A stretch of DNA of 64,000 nt from Tubiluchus corallicola (GCA_030141605.1 JAQGDQ010000366.1:1-64000), one strand, 5' to 3'; counted from the stretch's first letter, positions 39,366-51,674 are shown. The notes: generated by a model not told the origin, from the sequence alone. A program made the numbers and translations.

Positions 39366-40373
39366 GTAAGAATTTTACTATTGGCAAAGATTACTGCCCA
39401 TTTAAAATGTCAAGTTCAAAAAACAAATTATGTGCAGCTATAATAGTGGAGCAAGCAGCAGAAAAACCCTTCTGTGAGCATAATTTTCAAAATTTACATC
39501 TTTTCCTATAATTTTTAACTCTTTATTTCACTTGTCCAATAAAAGACGAATCTTATTGTTTCTTAATCACTTGACCTTGTGAGAATTTTTTGGAGTCATC
39601 TCTTTATTTGACCAATTTGCCTCCCATGTTTTTGAAATAAGCATTTACCCAACTCATTTGTCAAGATTGACTGATTGAACCCAGGATCAAATTGTCCCAA
39701 ATCTTACTCTTTAGTTCACATCCGGGATAAAAGTCGAACCTTTTTTACTTTTTTAATGGCGTTGGAAGAATTTTCTACAATCATTACTTTATTTGACCAA
39801 CCTACCTCCCTAGTTTTCTTGCATTTACACAACTCATTTGTCAAGATTGACTGAATGAACCCAGGATCAAATTGTCCCAAATCTTATTATTATAATATAT
39901 TCTTGTCACATGCTGATACTGTCTGTTGTGGCATAAACAAACATATAATTGCTTCACGTGTCACGGCGCCTTTTTCACGTGCTTGCTCCCCTCAACTTTA
40001 GAACCTGGCTACGCCCCTCAAGCAAACTATTGCGTTGCTGAAGTGAAATTTCCGAAATGTGCAGTCCAGAATGTTGGAAAATGTAAATCGATTATGTACG
40101 CCTCTTTGTTTGTGAGTCTTGTTTATTTGTTTGTTTATTTTACAGCTCGTAAGCACTCAATTGGCACGAATACCACCGAAGAGGATTTGCCGGTTTTCAA
40201 AAGTCGGCTTAAACGTAATGCTCGTTTTTAATTTATCGTTAATTACTTAGATTATGACTAATTGATTACATTCGTTAGATTAGATTGCCAGAATTCTTAT
40301 TAAACAATGAGATTTTACCAATTATTACCCATTGCTGGTAAAGAGTTGGACAAAGGAGACGCTGAAAAATTGT

Positions 40374-40444
40374 GGTCTAGTCGGGATTTGAACCTGAAAA
40401 CTGGGATTATCACTCCCACACTCTACCACCTAAGCTACCAGCGC
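40374..40444 (-). pseudogene. tRNA-like sequence (pseudo-tRNA or SINE head)
   Basis: gcgctggtagcttaggtggtagagtgtgggagtgataatcccagttttcaggttcaaatcccgactagacc: A-box, perfect anticodon stem TGGGA/TCCCA, B-box; acceptor stem mismatched. Confidence 0.6.
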
Positions 40445-41222
40445 AGAACAGGCCCGAGTCATCCCCAGCATGACAGAGAAGGCCTAAGATTTCCTCCTTG
40501 TAGCACACAATCCAACAGCGCCACCTGTACCCTTGACAGTAGGGGGGGGGGTTCTTGTATCAACGCTGTTTCTCCAATTAGCTGCAAATTAACGATATCA
40601 TTAATTAGTTAGATTATCATTGTGATTGTCCGAGTGTTCATAAACCATTGCTGTTTATTTTAACAATTATTACCCATTGCTGTAAATAATTTTTAATGCA
40701 TGTTACTTTCGTTAGACAATTTTAATTACATGAGTTTCATTCTTAACAATTACAATGCTAAAAGCATTTGCGTCATAGTAAGCCTTTTCACAGTTTCATT
40801 GCTGTGGGTCAAAGGTTAAGTGTCCCACAACAGCGCATTTAAAGTAAAACTGACATGTGGGTAAAGTAAAGCTGTCTGTTGCATCAGTTCAGTGGCTTCA
40901 GTTGTTTTACGTGGACCTAATTATGCATTAGTCTGTGCATCGAGTGATTTACTAGCAGGACCTTGCTTGGGAACAAGAAAAATTGAACTAGGTAAGGTTC
41001 TAGCTAGCTGCTAAAACTGTTACTACTACAACAGCATGGGCTCTGAGGTGTTGTCAAGTGTATATAAAAGTGTTGTCTGGTTCACTTAACCTTTGACCTT
41101 TTCGCGATCATCATCAATTGCTGGAACTGTGAAAAAGGCTTGTTATACAAGTCCCAAATGCATAATTTCTTTGTAATGAACACAGATCTTTCATTTGATT
41201 TGGTTGCCAATTTTTTTTGCAG

Positions 41223-41330
41223 CTGTGACGCCGCCACCGCCGCCACCACCAGCATACACGACGCCAATGATTGAACAGTATCAGCAATATTCCGAACCAG
41301 AGCCGCAGCATCCGCCAGTGCTTAAAAAAT
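41223..41330 (+). CDS. EPS8: EPS8-like coding exon 13 (poly-Pro)
   Basis: (A)VTPPPPPPPAYTTPMIEQYQQYSEPEPQHPPVLKK; ttttgcag and gtgagg sites; symmetric phase 1 to 1. Confidence 0.8.
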
Positions 41331-41380
41331 GTGAGGAAATTAAGTTTAGGCTTGAGTCTTAGAAATTCTGCCAGCAGTAT

Positions 41381-42553
41381 CGCATTCAGACTAGCAACTT
41401 TTATTTGTTACTGCAATGTTTTGAACCAACTCGCAGTAACTCACAGCAACTCGCAGTAACTCTCAGCAACTCTCAGTAACTCGCTGTAACTCTCAGCAAT
41501 TCGCAGTAGCTCATAGTAACTCTCAGCAACTCGAGCAACTCGTAGCAACTCTCAGCAACTCGCAGTAACACTCAGCAGCTCGTAATAACTCTCAGCAACT
41601 TGCAATACCTCTCAGCAACTTGCAGTACCTCTCAGCAATTCGCAGTAACTCATAGTAACTCACAGCAACTCTCAGCAACTCACAGCAACTCACATCAACT
41701 CTCAGTAACTCACAGCAACTCTCAGTAACTCTCAGCAACTCACACCAACTCTCAGCAACTCTTAGCAACTCTTAGCAACTCGTAGCAACTCACAGCAACT
41801 CACAGCAACTCTCAGTAACTCTCAGCAACTCACACCAACTCACATCAACTCTCAGTAACTCACAGCAACTCTCAGCAACTCTCAGTAACTCACATCAACT
41901 CACAGCAACTCTCAGCAACTCTCAGCAACTCACATCAACTCTCAGCAACTCACAGCAACTCTCAGTAACTCACATCAACTCTCAGCAACTCCCAGCAACT
42001 CTCAGTAACTCACATCAACTCTCAGCAACTCACAGCAACTCTCAGTAACTCATAGCAACTCTCAGTAACTCACAGCAACTCTCAGTAACTCCCAGCAACT
42101 CTCAGCAACTCACAGCAACTTCCAGCAACTCACATCAACTCACAGCAACTCTCAGCAACTCACAGCAACTCTCAGCAACTTCCAGCAACTCACAGCAACT
42201 CTCAGCAACTTCCAGCAACTTCCAGCAACTCACAGCAACTCACATCAACTCACAGCAACTCACATCAACTCTCAGTAACTCACAGCAACTCTCAGTAACT
42301 CCCAGCAACTCTCAGCAACTCACATCAACTCCCAGCAACTCTCAGCAACTTCCAGCAACTCACAGTAACTCACAGCAACTCACATCAACTCACAGCAACT
42401 CACATCAACTCTCAGCAACTCACAGTAACTCACAGTAACTCATAGCAACTCTCAGTAACTCACAGCAACTCACATCAACTCTCAGCAACTTCCAGCAACT
42501 CTCAAGCAGAGCTGTAAGTTTACCTGGCGAGAAAACTCGGCAGTCTGAACGCG
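41381..42553. repeat. 10-bp satellite (cagcaactct, ~105 copies) inside Harbinger-like MITE termini
   Basis: cgcattcagact at the left end and agtctgaacgcg at the right end match the 34712-35687 TIR. Confidence 0.85.
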
Positions 42554-42864
42554 CCGTGAACCTCTTATTATCACTCTTATTATAAAGTCATTACCTCTTA
42601 TTAAACTTCTCACCTAACAATTAGGGTCTAACTACTATGTGGTTTGGCTTCAGACGCATCTACAACAGTAATGTTATAATTAGTAGAAAGAAGGAACAGA
42701 CCTATCTATGGAATTTGTCTAAAGTGGCACCACTTGATGTTATTTTTTCTTTTTTGTTAATAGATGTCACCACACTCTTTGTATATTTGAACATTTGCTG
42801 TCATTTACTAAATCTATTGGGATTCTTTTAAATTGAATGAACTGCATATGTCCTATTAAAAGAA

Positions 42865-43036
42865 TGGCAGCTAAAACTACTTTTTGAACTCTCTTCAGCT
42901 ACTATTTTTAACCCTTTTAGCTACTGTCTTTTGACCCTTTAAGCTACTATTTTTTGACCCTTTCAGCTACTGTTTTTGACCCTTTTAGCTACTATTTTTA
43001 ACCTTTTCAGCTACTATTTTTTTCAACTCTTTTCAG
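42865..43036. repeat. ~22-bp tandem copies of a 3' splice-site-like unit
   Basis: ttt(a/g)accctttt(c/t)agctact repeated about 7 times up to the true acceptor. Confidence 0.85.
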
Positions 43037-43193
43037 CTAAGTCACAACACGATTTGCTGCAGGATGAAATAAATGAGAAGATTAATAAGGGAAAGTTGAA
43101 CATAAAGCGAACTGCACCGAACGCTTACTTCACGGCGAGGTCGACTCCGGAGGAGGTGGCCGAATGGTTAAGAGCGAAAGAGTTTAGCGATGA
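43037..43193 (+). CDS. EPS8: EPS8-like coding exon 14 (effector/SAM-like start)
   Basis: KSQHDLLQDEINEKI...STPEEVAEWLRAKEFSD resembles EPS8 'STPEDVKTWLQSKGF'. Confidence 0.92.
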
Positions 43194-44349
43194 GTACGTA
43201 TGCTTCTAACGTTTGTGAAATGAATGCTTCGAACGGAAACTGTCACTAGCTTAGTTTACGCGTCGAAAGTTAGTAGTAGTGGTGGTGGTGGTGGTGGTAA
43301 GTGTAAAGTAAGCAACCACGGCAACACTTGCAGCAACCATACCGATGATTCCACCAACCGCAAATTTTTTTTCTGCAATGAAAACATTGGTTTAGTGTAA
43401 ATAACAGTTTCACAGGTACAGTGGCATCATAGTAAGCGTTTTCACAGTTTCGTTGCCGTGGGTCAAAGGTTAATGTCCCACAGCAACGCATTTAAACTAA
43501 AACTGACATGTGTGTAAAGTAAAGCCGTCTGCCACATCTGTTCAGTAACTTCGTTGTTTTTTGCATGGACTTTGGTTAATTGTGCATTAGTCTATGTGTA
43601 AAGTGATTTACTAGTAGGATCTTGCTTGGGAACAAGAAAAAATGAACTAGGTAAGGTTCCAGCTAGCTGTTAAAACTGTCACTATTACAACAGCACGGCT
43701 GCAAGGTGTTGTCAAGCGCACACAAATGCGTTGTCAGGTACACTTAACCTTTGACCTTTTCACGATCATCATCAATCGCTGGAACTGCGAAAAGTTTTAT
43801 TATTATGCAAGAAAACAATTCATGTGTCTGTCACCTTTCTGCTTCAACTGAGATCTGATGCAGAAAAATGGCACAGAGTCGATTCAGATATACTACTAAT
43901 TCTGGCCAGTGGGAACATTCTCTACCAGGAAGCGAGTTCAAATCGTATCGAGTTTGCGACTTTCGAATTTTAATCGAACCGAATTTCAGTATTTCGAAAC
44001 CCGAATCGAATTAGAATTGAATTTGAAAGATTTTCGAACTACTAGTAAAAAGTGGTCTTACAAAGATCTTGCATATTGCTTGATTTTGTTCTGCAGTGAA
44101 ACCACTATTAGCTTGTTAAGAATTTTGCACAGAAGCTGCACCTAAATTGTGCTAATTGCATGCTCTTTCAAATATTTTAATGATAAAGAACGTATGTGGC
44201 TGAAGTGCTGAATTATTCAAATCTATAATTGTAGGTTCGAATCGCATTCGAACTAAAAAGCGACTCGAACGTTCCATGCCCCCCACCCCTACCGACCAGT
44301 TCGATTCTGGCCTAAATTATGAACATTTGGAAAACATTGGCTGTTTCAG

Positions 44350-44485
44350 CACGCAGTATCAGCTACGAAAATGCAACGGAGCCACCCTGATGACCATGGA
44401 CTATTCCATATTGGAGCGACATTTTGGCAGAGATGAAGGAAAACGTTTGGCCAGCCAGATAGAGCTGCAGAAAAAGATATCGGGC
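44350..44485 (+). CDS. EPS8: EPS8-like coding exon 15 (SAM-like)
   Basis: TQYQLRKCNGATLMTMDYSILERHFGRDEGKRLASQIELQKKISG resembles 'LNGAQLFSL..EG.RVYSQITVQK'. Confidence 0.92.
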
Positions 44486-46337
44486 GTAAGTAGTATGGTT
44501 CATTTATGTGTGCGCACACAGCCCTGCATTAAAAAACGACTGGACGATTGTTTAGACTCAATCTCATTTTAATTTACTGTCCAAAATATACATTTTCTTG
44601 CCTATAAAAATTAGCAATTGTTACTTATATTTGAATAATTAGGTTAGAAAGTTAATTAACGGCAACCGAACACAGCTGTTGCTTACGTCACAAACTAGCC
44701 ACAATTTGTGCAATCGCACGCATCTTCCCTTGTGCGTCAAGCACGTTTTAAGTGTTACTGATTAAACGCATGATGTCATGAAAATCGGCTCAATGGTATA
44801 TGATGTCACAAACTAACCAGAGTTTGTACAATGGTAGGCATCTTCCCTTGCACATCAAGCTCATTTGCATAAGTGTTACAGTGCTGTTTAAACGCACGAT
44901 GTCAAGAAAATGGGCTCTACATCACACGACGTCAGAGACTAACACTGCAGTTCATGATCATGCTTATCACGTTACCACCTTCTATTTGTCAGCCACGCGA
45001 ATGTGACAAAAAGGCGCCGCTGCCAATCTTAGTAGATTCACTGACCCGCGCGCGCCTTTGAAAGTTTAACAAAGCTTGAGTATCCAGAGTAATTATTATT
45101 TAATCTAAGCTTTGATTTAAAATAAGCTATTGTAGTTTTCAATATTTCAGAGCATTCTTTATTCTGAACTCGTTTTTACACAATCATCTGGTTTTCCTTT
45201 AACCATTGAGCTAAATAAGCACTTGCTTAGAGCCTCGGGGAAAGAGAGGTCCACCCCCACACAGTTTTTTCACATTGAATAATTGCTCGAAAGTAAAGTA
45301 TACCGGAACATGTGTGGTGATTAGTGGCTCCCCTAGTCGGTTCGTTCCCTCGTATTTCGGAGGCCAAGTCATCTGGGTTCAATGACCGGATGATGAAAAC
45401 TTTATAAAGTTTGTGGAAATAATTCGCTGGTGAACATGTCCTGTGTACGTCACGCTGGTTGCGTCTACGGAACAGGTGCTGTGATGGTAAGCACAGCCTG
45501 TATATTTACCTGCCGAATCAACGAGGCCATTCCACAATGACGGTTTTGTACCTGGTATGCAAACCTGACATGCAATGGCTTCGAAATGGGACCGAACCAT
45601 TACAGTATAGGGGTTGGGATGGTGCTTCTCCGTCGTTACAATCCTTAATACGGGCTGAAAGCAAAAATTAGAAAAAAGTACTTTGTTAAAGGAAAACCGG
45701 ATGATTGTGTAAACACGAGTTCAGACTAAAGAATGTTCTAGAATATTGAAAACTACAATAGCTTATTTTAAATCAAAGCTTAGATTAAATAATAATTACC
45801 TCGGATATTCAAATTTCGTTAAACTTTCAAAGGTACGCGAGGCTCAGTGAATCTACTAAGATTGGCAGCGGCGCCTTTTTGTCAAATTCGCGTGACCGAC
45901 AAATAGAAGGCGGTACCGTGATAAGCATGATCATGAACTGCAGTGTTAGTTTCTGACGTCATATGATGTTTAAGCTTTAAAATTTAATTAATGAAAACGT
46001 TTGTGATTAATATAATAGAGGAAAATGCAACTATAAAACTCAGTCACCCATCCAACTACCTATCTCACCAACTAATCATTACGCATGCTTAAGAGTACGA
46101 ACCCACTGCCAACTCTGGCCACTCAAATAGAGTCTGTACAAAAACCGCACGTATGCCATGGTCAAGAAATGATTGATCATAAGATGTGCATTTGGTCAAA
46201 CCTTCGTCGTTGTTTACAACGAAACGTGATTGACGAAGGTTTGATTTCGCCCGCGGTTTCGGTTAAACCCAGCTACAGTCGTGCGTGTGTCACGTGCGTA
46301 CCAAACTATCGAAATTTTAAACCTGTTGCGATTTCAG

Positions 46338-46418
46338 TTCAAGACGATGAGTTCGAGGGAGCTGGAAGCGCTACTGCAAATCCGACTCCAAGAGATCGGA
46401 GACGCCGACGAACCCTGA
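46338..46418 (+). CDS. EPS8: EPS8-like terminal coding exon
   Basis: FKTMSSRELEALLQIRLQEIGDADEP* resembles EPS8 helix 5 'SSELQEIMRRRQEKI'. Summed CDS is 2637 nt (878 aa plus stop). Confidence 0.85.
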   Translation, partial: FKTMSSRELEALLQIRLQEIGDADEP

Positions 46419-46834
46419 TGTCGAGCAGAAAATGTGGACCGCGTCCCAGAACTTAGGGGACGCCGACGTGCCCTGATGCCAAGCAGAAAATACGGATCAC
46501 GTCCCGGAACTTTTAGTATAGCTTTTGTGTGTGATTATGTATCGGAACTTCACGGTGCCAAAACTTCCACGAATGTTTTTGCTGAGCGATAAAATCTTTC
46601 GTTCAGACAAAGCTAATTTTTTTATTATAATGAACTTGCTTATGTAATTATTTTTCTACGATTTTTGTTGTGATTACGTGAAATGTATAACGCTTCTATT
46701 TCTTCTGAGTTTATCGCGCTTGCAAACGTAGCAATAGTATTGTAGGCCTAGAATTGTTAACGTCTTGCTAATTTTTCAACTTGTAACGACATGAAATAGT
46801 TATTTAAGTTACTGTTAATTGAGTTTTGAAACCA

Positions 46835-47060
46835 AGTGTAGAAAACAGGAAAACGTGAAAAAAACAGCCTGGATTTGAACCGGGGTCTTTTGTTTCCTAG
46901 TTGGATGCCATGCCACTAGACTGTCGTGTTCTCCAGGGTGATTTTTGCACTGTCGTGATCGCAGTGGCATCCTAGTGGTTATACCTTGTAAACGAAAGGG
47001 TCGCGGGTTCAAATCCAACTGTGTTCCAACTTTTTCGTGTTTTCTCTTTTTTGAGTGTGG
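46835..47060. mobile_element. Small element with two divergent tRNA-like cassettes
   Basis: Minus-strand B-box ggttcaaatcc at ~46870-46880 and plus-strand ggttcaaatcc at ~47006-47016, each preceded by an A-box-like stretch; loosely inverted flanks. Confidence 0.5.
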
Positions 47061-47702
47061 CTTTCCTAATTCACTTTGATTGTGGTGGCCTTGTACCATG
47101 ACGATCAAGTTTGTCAATTTTTCATTGCACACAGCAGTTCTACGAAGTGCCCGTCATTTCCTCTTTCTTCTTGTTTTTCTCCTCTCCTTCTTTTCTAGAG
47201 AACAAAGTTTCAACAGGTCAAATAGGTCAAAAAATTGTGATGAGGCCAAGTGAAGTTTCCACATACCAAGCGAGGCGACATCGAAAAACAATTTTTATAG
47301 ATATTGTGATCTCTTCGCAAAGCAATGAAATGTCTATGTGGAAATCTTAGATGCTTGTGTTTCTGTTTAGTATCAAACTAAGATTTCCACATACTAAGCG
47401 AGGCGACATCGAAAAACGATTTTTATAGATACTGTGATCTCTTCGCAAAGTAATGGAATGTCTATGTGGAAATTTGAGATGTTTGTATTTCAACGCGTGG
47501 CGAAATGCATGTAACAGCAAAGAACCAGCCAACCGAACGCGAAATTCTGTTTCTCTGATAACAATTCTTTCATGCAAGTCATTCTTGAAAAAAATTGTAT
47601 GTTCACTTTCAGTATTTTATAGGTGAGACTGTTTTGTGCTGCAGTTTAATATTTGGTCTGGTTTTCCTTTAATGAAGTACAGAACCCAAAGGGCAAGACA
47701 AA

Positions 47703-48791
47703 ACGCTCTCTAGTATTTGTCTAGACATACAAGAGCATGGGAGAATACTCTCTAACATTTGTCTAGACGTATAAGAGCATGGGAGAATACTCTCTAACAT
47801 TTGTCTAGACGTATAAGAGCATGGGAGAATTCTCTCTAACATTTGTCTAGACGTACAAGAGCATGGGAGAATACTCTCTAATATTTGTCTAGATGTATAA
47901 GAGCATGGGAGAATACTCTCTAACATTTGTCTAGATGTATAAGAGCATGGGAGAATACTCTCTAAGATTTGTCTAGACGTATAAGAGCATGGGAGAATAC
48001 TCTCTAATATTTGTCTAGACGTATAAGAGCATGGGAGAATACTCTCTAACATTTGTCTAGACGTATAAGAGCATGGGAGAATACTCTCTAAGATTTGTCT
48101 AGACGTATAAGAGCATGGGAGAATACTCTCTAACACTTGTCTAGACGTATAAGAGCATGGGAGAATACTCTCTAACACTTGTCTAGACGTATAAGAGCAT
48201 GGGAGAATACTCTCTAAGATTTGTCTAGACGTATAAGAGCATGGGAGAATACTCTCTAAGATTTGTCTAGACGTATAAGAACATGGGAGAATACTCTCTA
48301 ACATTTGTCTAGACGTATAAGAGCATGGGAGAATACTCTCTAACATTTGTCTAGACGTATAAGAGCATGGGAGAATACTCTCTAAGATTTGTCTAGACGT
48401 ACAAGAGCATGGGAGAATACTCTCTAACATTTGTCTAGACGTATAAGAGCATGGGAGAATACTCTCTAATATTTGTCTAGACGTATAAGAGCATGGGAGA
48501 ATACTCTCTAAGATTTGTCTAGACGTACAAGAGCATGGGAGAATACTCTCTAATATTTGTCTAGACGTATAAGAGCATGGGAGAATACTCTCTAAGATTT
48601 GTCTAGACGTACAAGAGCATGGCAGAATACTCTCTAATATTTGTCTAGACGTACAAGAGCATGGGAGAATACTCTCTAACATTTGTCTAGACGTATAAGA
48701 GCATGGGAGAATACTCTCTAACATTTGTCTAGACGTATAAGAGCATGGGAGAATACTCTCTAACATTTGTCTAGACGTATAAGAGCATGGG
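47703..48791. repeat. 42-bp minisatellite, ~26 copies
   Basis: gtctagacgtataagagcatgggagaatactctctaacattt unit. Confidence 0.97.
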
Positions 48792-48841
48792 AAGTGAATT
48801 TAACAGATATTGAACGGTCACATAGAGCACTTTCCGTAGAA

Positions 48842-48929
48842 ATGAATTTAATCCGTTGTCTGTTGAAGAAAACTTGTTTTGTTTGTTTGTCTGTCTGTGT
48901 GTTGCCTTCTTGCTTTGCTAAAACGCAAG
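48842..48929 (+). CDS. Candidate first exon (signal-peptide-like) of a small membrane protein gene
   Basis: MNLIRCLLKKTCFVCLSVCVLPSCFAKTQ-G|gtttat; weak donor. Confidence 0.3.
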
Positions 48930-49609
48930 GTTTATGATAATTTCCAAGCATGATGGATAATTTGTAGTTCTGATAACGTGGAAGAACTGAGTATATGAGA
49001 GTTTTATTATACAGGAAATGCGTGATTAAGGCCAAAGTTTTTAATTAGTGTGATTAGTTGATTAATTTTGTTAATTGAATTTCATTAACTGGTGGTTTTT
49101 ATGCATTAGTTTTTAATAAAGTATTTTTAGTTTTTAATTATAGTTTACTTAATCGACAGTTTCCCAGTGCTGTCATGAACGTGATGTGCAAGTCTCCCTT
49201 TTGAACCGTGGGCTGAGTGTTCTAAGTTTCTATTCAAAATGTGCCAAAAACGACGCGAACAAACAGCGTATAGAAAGTCCAAAAGTGCCAAGCTGTACAA
49301 CGCGACGTCGCCCACAGTTCAAACGGCGAGTTTTTCGCGTTCGTTTGTGACGTATGTCACACGTAACGTTCTACGTTTCGCAGCATGATTTCTTTATCCT
49401 TTTGATTAGTAATATTCTGTATATAAAATCTTCTATTTACAAATTCTGTCACAGCAGTAATAGAGCTGTCTATATAAATATAAATTCTGTTGCAGTTTGG
49501 CTGCAAAAACTATTAATAATCTGGAATAGCGTGTTGTTATATAGTTTATAATAGTAATGAGATGATACAATAGTTTATAGTAATGGAAATTTTTCTATGT
49601 TGTTTGCAG

Positions 49610-49638
49610 TAGTTATTCAATACGGAGACAGAATACAG
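49610..49638 (+). CDS. Candidate micro-exon of the small membrane protein gene
   Basis: tgtttgcag acceptor and CAG|gtaaac donor; open as VVIQYGDRIQ or SYSIRRQNT. Confidence 0.35.
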
Positions 49639-50585
49639 GTAAACCTCGTTATAACTACCCCCCCCCTCCCCTCCCCCCTCCTCATCTCCCCAACCTCGCT
49701 TAAAGCACAAGAAAACCCTCCACTTACTCGAAGCTTAAAAAATTCGTTTTGAAATTTCGTAGCGGTTACTTACTGCGTACTGAGCGTGTGTCGGTAGTAA
49801 CGCTGTATAAAACATGTAAATTTAAACTCCCACGATGACAGTTAGATGCAGCCATTTTGATGGTAGGTCGTTTGAAACAAGTTTAGATAACATTGCGTAA
49901 AGTTTGAAAAAATAATCAGAGCATTCGTAGCGCACACGTCACTAAGTAAAATTTTAAATTACTGTATCTTGTCAATAAGATTAAAAATACGTTTTTGGTT
50001 AGCGAGTGGCGCACCCTGGAGGGTGAGTCAGTGACATCTTACCAATTGGTGAAAACATTTAAATAATTCGTAATTTTCTTTTCTGGTTACATAAGTTTTT
50101 CCAGTAGGTAAGTGAAATGCTAAGTAATATAACTTTGCAAGGAAAGTTTTTTGGGACATAATTTAAGCTTTCATTTTCTTCGATTGGTTTACGTTGTGCA
50201 TATATGACGTCATATAACGGCGCCGTCGGACAGTATTGCAGGAGATTTAAAATGAAAACAAAAAATTCCTTTCAACGCGAATATGATATATGCATAAAAT
50301 TGCTGTAAAGTACTTTAATTTCTTAAGGAAATTTTTCTGAAACCCACTTCAGGTACCCCCCTTTTCTTGTCCTTTAACATCGTGTTTTGCTGGAACACGT
50401 TAAGCGTTAAGCGAGGACTTACTGTATTGTTAAAGCAGAAATATATGAAGACACAACATGTGACAACTTCTCCTTTAATGCAAAAATGTTTGCCAAAACA
50501 AAATGTTCATATTTGCATAGATGCGTATGCATTAGTGCTCCTCGTTACGATACCCTCCCTTTTCTGGAGACCCCAAGTGGGGTTG

Positions 50586-51117
50586 TGTAAAGAGGTCTGA
50601 CTGTACGTCATTTCCTGAGAGAGTACTCGATGATTTTGCTCATTTGTGGGATAAAGCATTGTGATAAAATTTCAGCTATTTTACTATGTAAATAATGTCT
50701 TGTAACGTGTTTACAATGTGTTAAAAATGAGGTTAGTGGCATAAATTCTGTGATGATGCTAAGACAGATGGTGCAATACTATAGTTATAATAATAAAGTC
50801 CAACTGGTAGCGATTATTAAATTTTTGAATTTGTCGTATTATATATTGTTAGCTTTTGATATATTGGGTGGTGCAAAAAATGTGGAACAGATGGATCAGC
50901 AGGTGCAGCAACACAAAGAAGATATGGACGCTATGAGGAGGCTGCTTCAGGCTCGAACTCCTGAAGATGATGCCAGTTCAAGCGCCCGTCTTCCACCTGC
51001 ATCGGCGCTTACAGCTGCTATTCCACAATTTGCTGCTTTCGATCCAACTTCTGAACTGTGGCCTGACTACTGGTCAAAATTTTGTATCTTCGTGGCAGCC
51101 AACGCAGTGCCTGACCA
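50586..51117 (+). mobile_element. Ty3/Gypsy relic: probable 5' LTR and gag N-terminus
   Basis: MDQQVQQH...IPQFAAFDPTSELWPDYWSKFCIFVAANAVPD resembles a K02A2.6-like gag start; upstream TG-initiated segment contains AATAAA. Confidence 0.7.
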
Positions 51118-51533
51118 ACCACAGCCAGGTGCCACTGTTGTAATAAGTTACCCAACCACAGCCAGGTGCCACTGTTGTAATAAGTTACCCAACCACAGCC
51201 AGGTGCCACTGTTGTAATAAGTTACCCAACCACAGCCAGGTGCCACTGTTGTAATAAGTTACCCAACCACAGCCAGGTGCCACTGTTGTAATAAGTTACT
51301 CAACCACAGCCAGGTGCCACTGTTGTAATAAGTTACCCAACCACAGCCAGGTGCCACTGTTGTAATAAGTTACTCAACCACAGCCAGGTGCCACTGTTGT
51401 AATAAGTTACCCAACCACAGCCAGGTGCCACTGTTGTAATAAGTTACCCAACCACAGCCAGGTGCCACTGTTGTAATAAGTTACCCAACCACAGCCAGGT
51501 GCCACTGTTGTAATAAGTTACCCAACCACAGAC
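51117..51533. repeat. 37-bp minisatellite, ~11 copies
   Basis: caaccacagccaggtgccactgttgtaataagttacc unit. Confidence 0.97.
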
Positions 51534-51617
51534 AGGCACTTAAGCAAAAGGCCCAATTCTGTAACTTTTGTTCGCAAAATCTTCAGTTTCTGACCAAGTC
51601 CGAAACATTGTCAACCA

Positions 51618-51674
<57 letters not shown>

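Noticed and set aside
43156-43176. tRNA A-box-like gtggccgaatggttaagagcg
   Set aside because: Lies in conserved EPS8 coding sequence (VAEWLRA), with no B-box or cloverleaf.
47669-48766. 365-aa ORF of repeated MLESILPCSYTSRQ
   Set aside because: Translation of a 42-bp satellite whose unit is a multiple of 3; no unique flanking coding sequence.
51117-51533. 37-bp repeats resembling a CRISPR array in length
   Set aside because: Units are head-to-tail with no unique spacers, there are no cas genes, and the context is eukaryotic.
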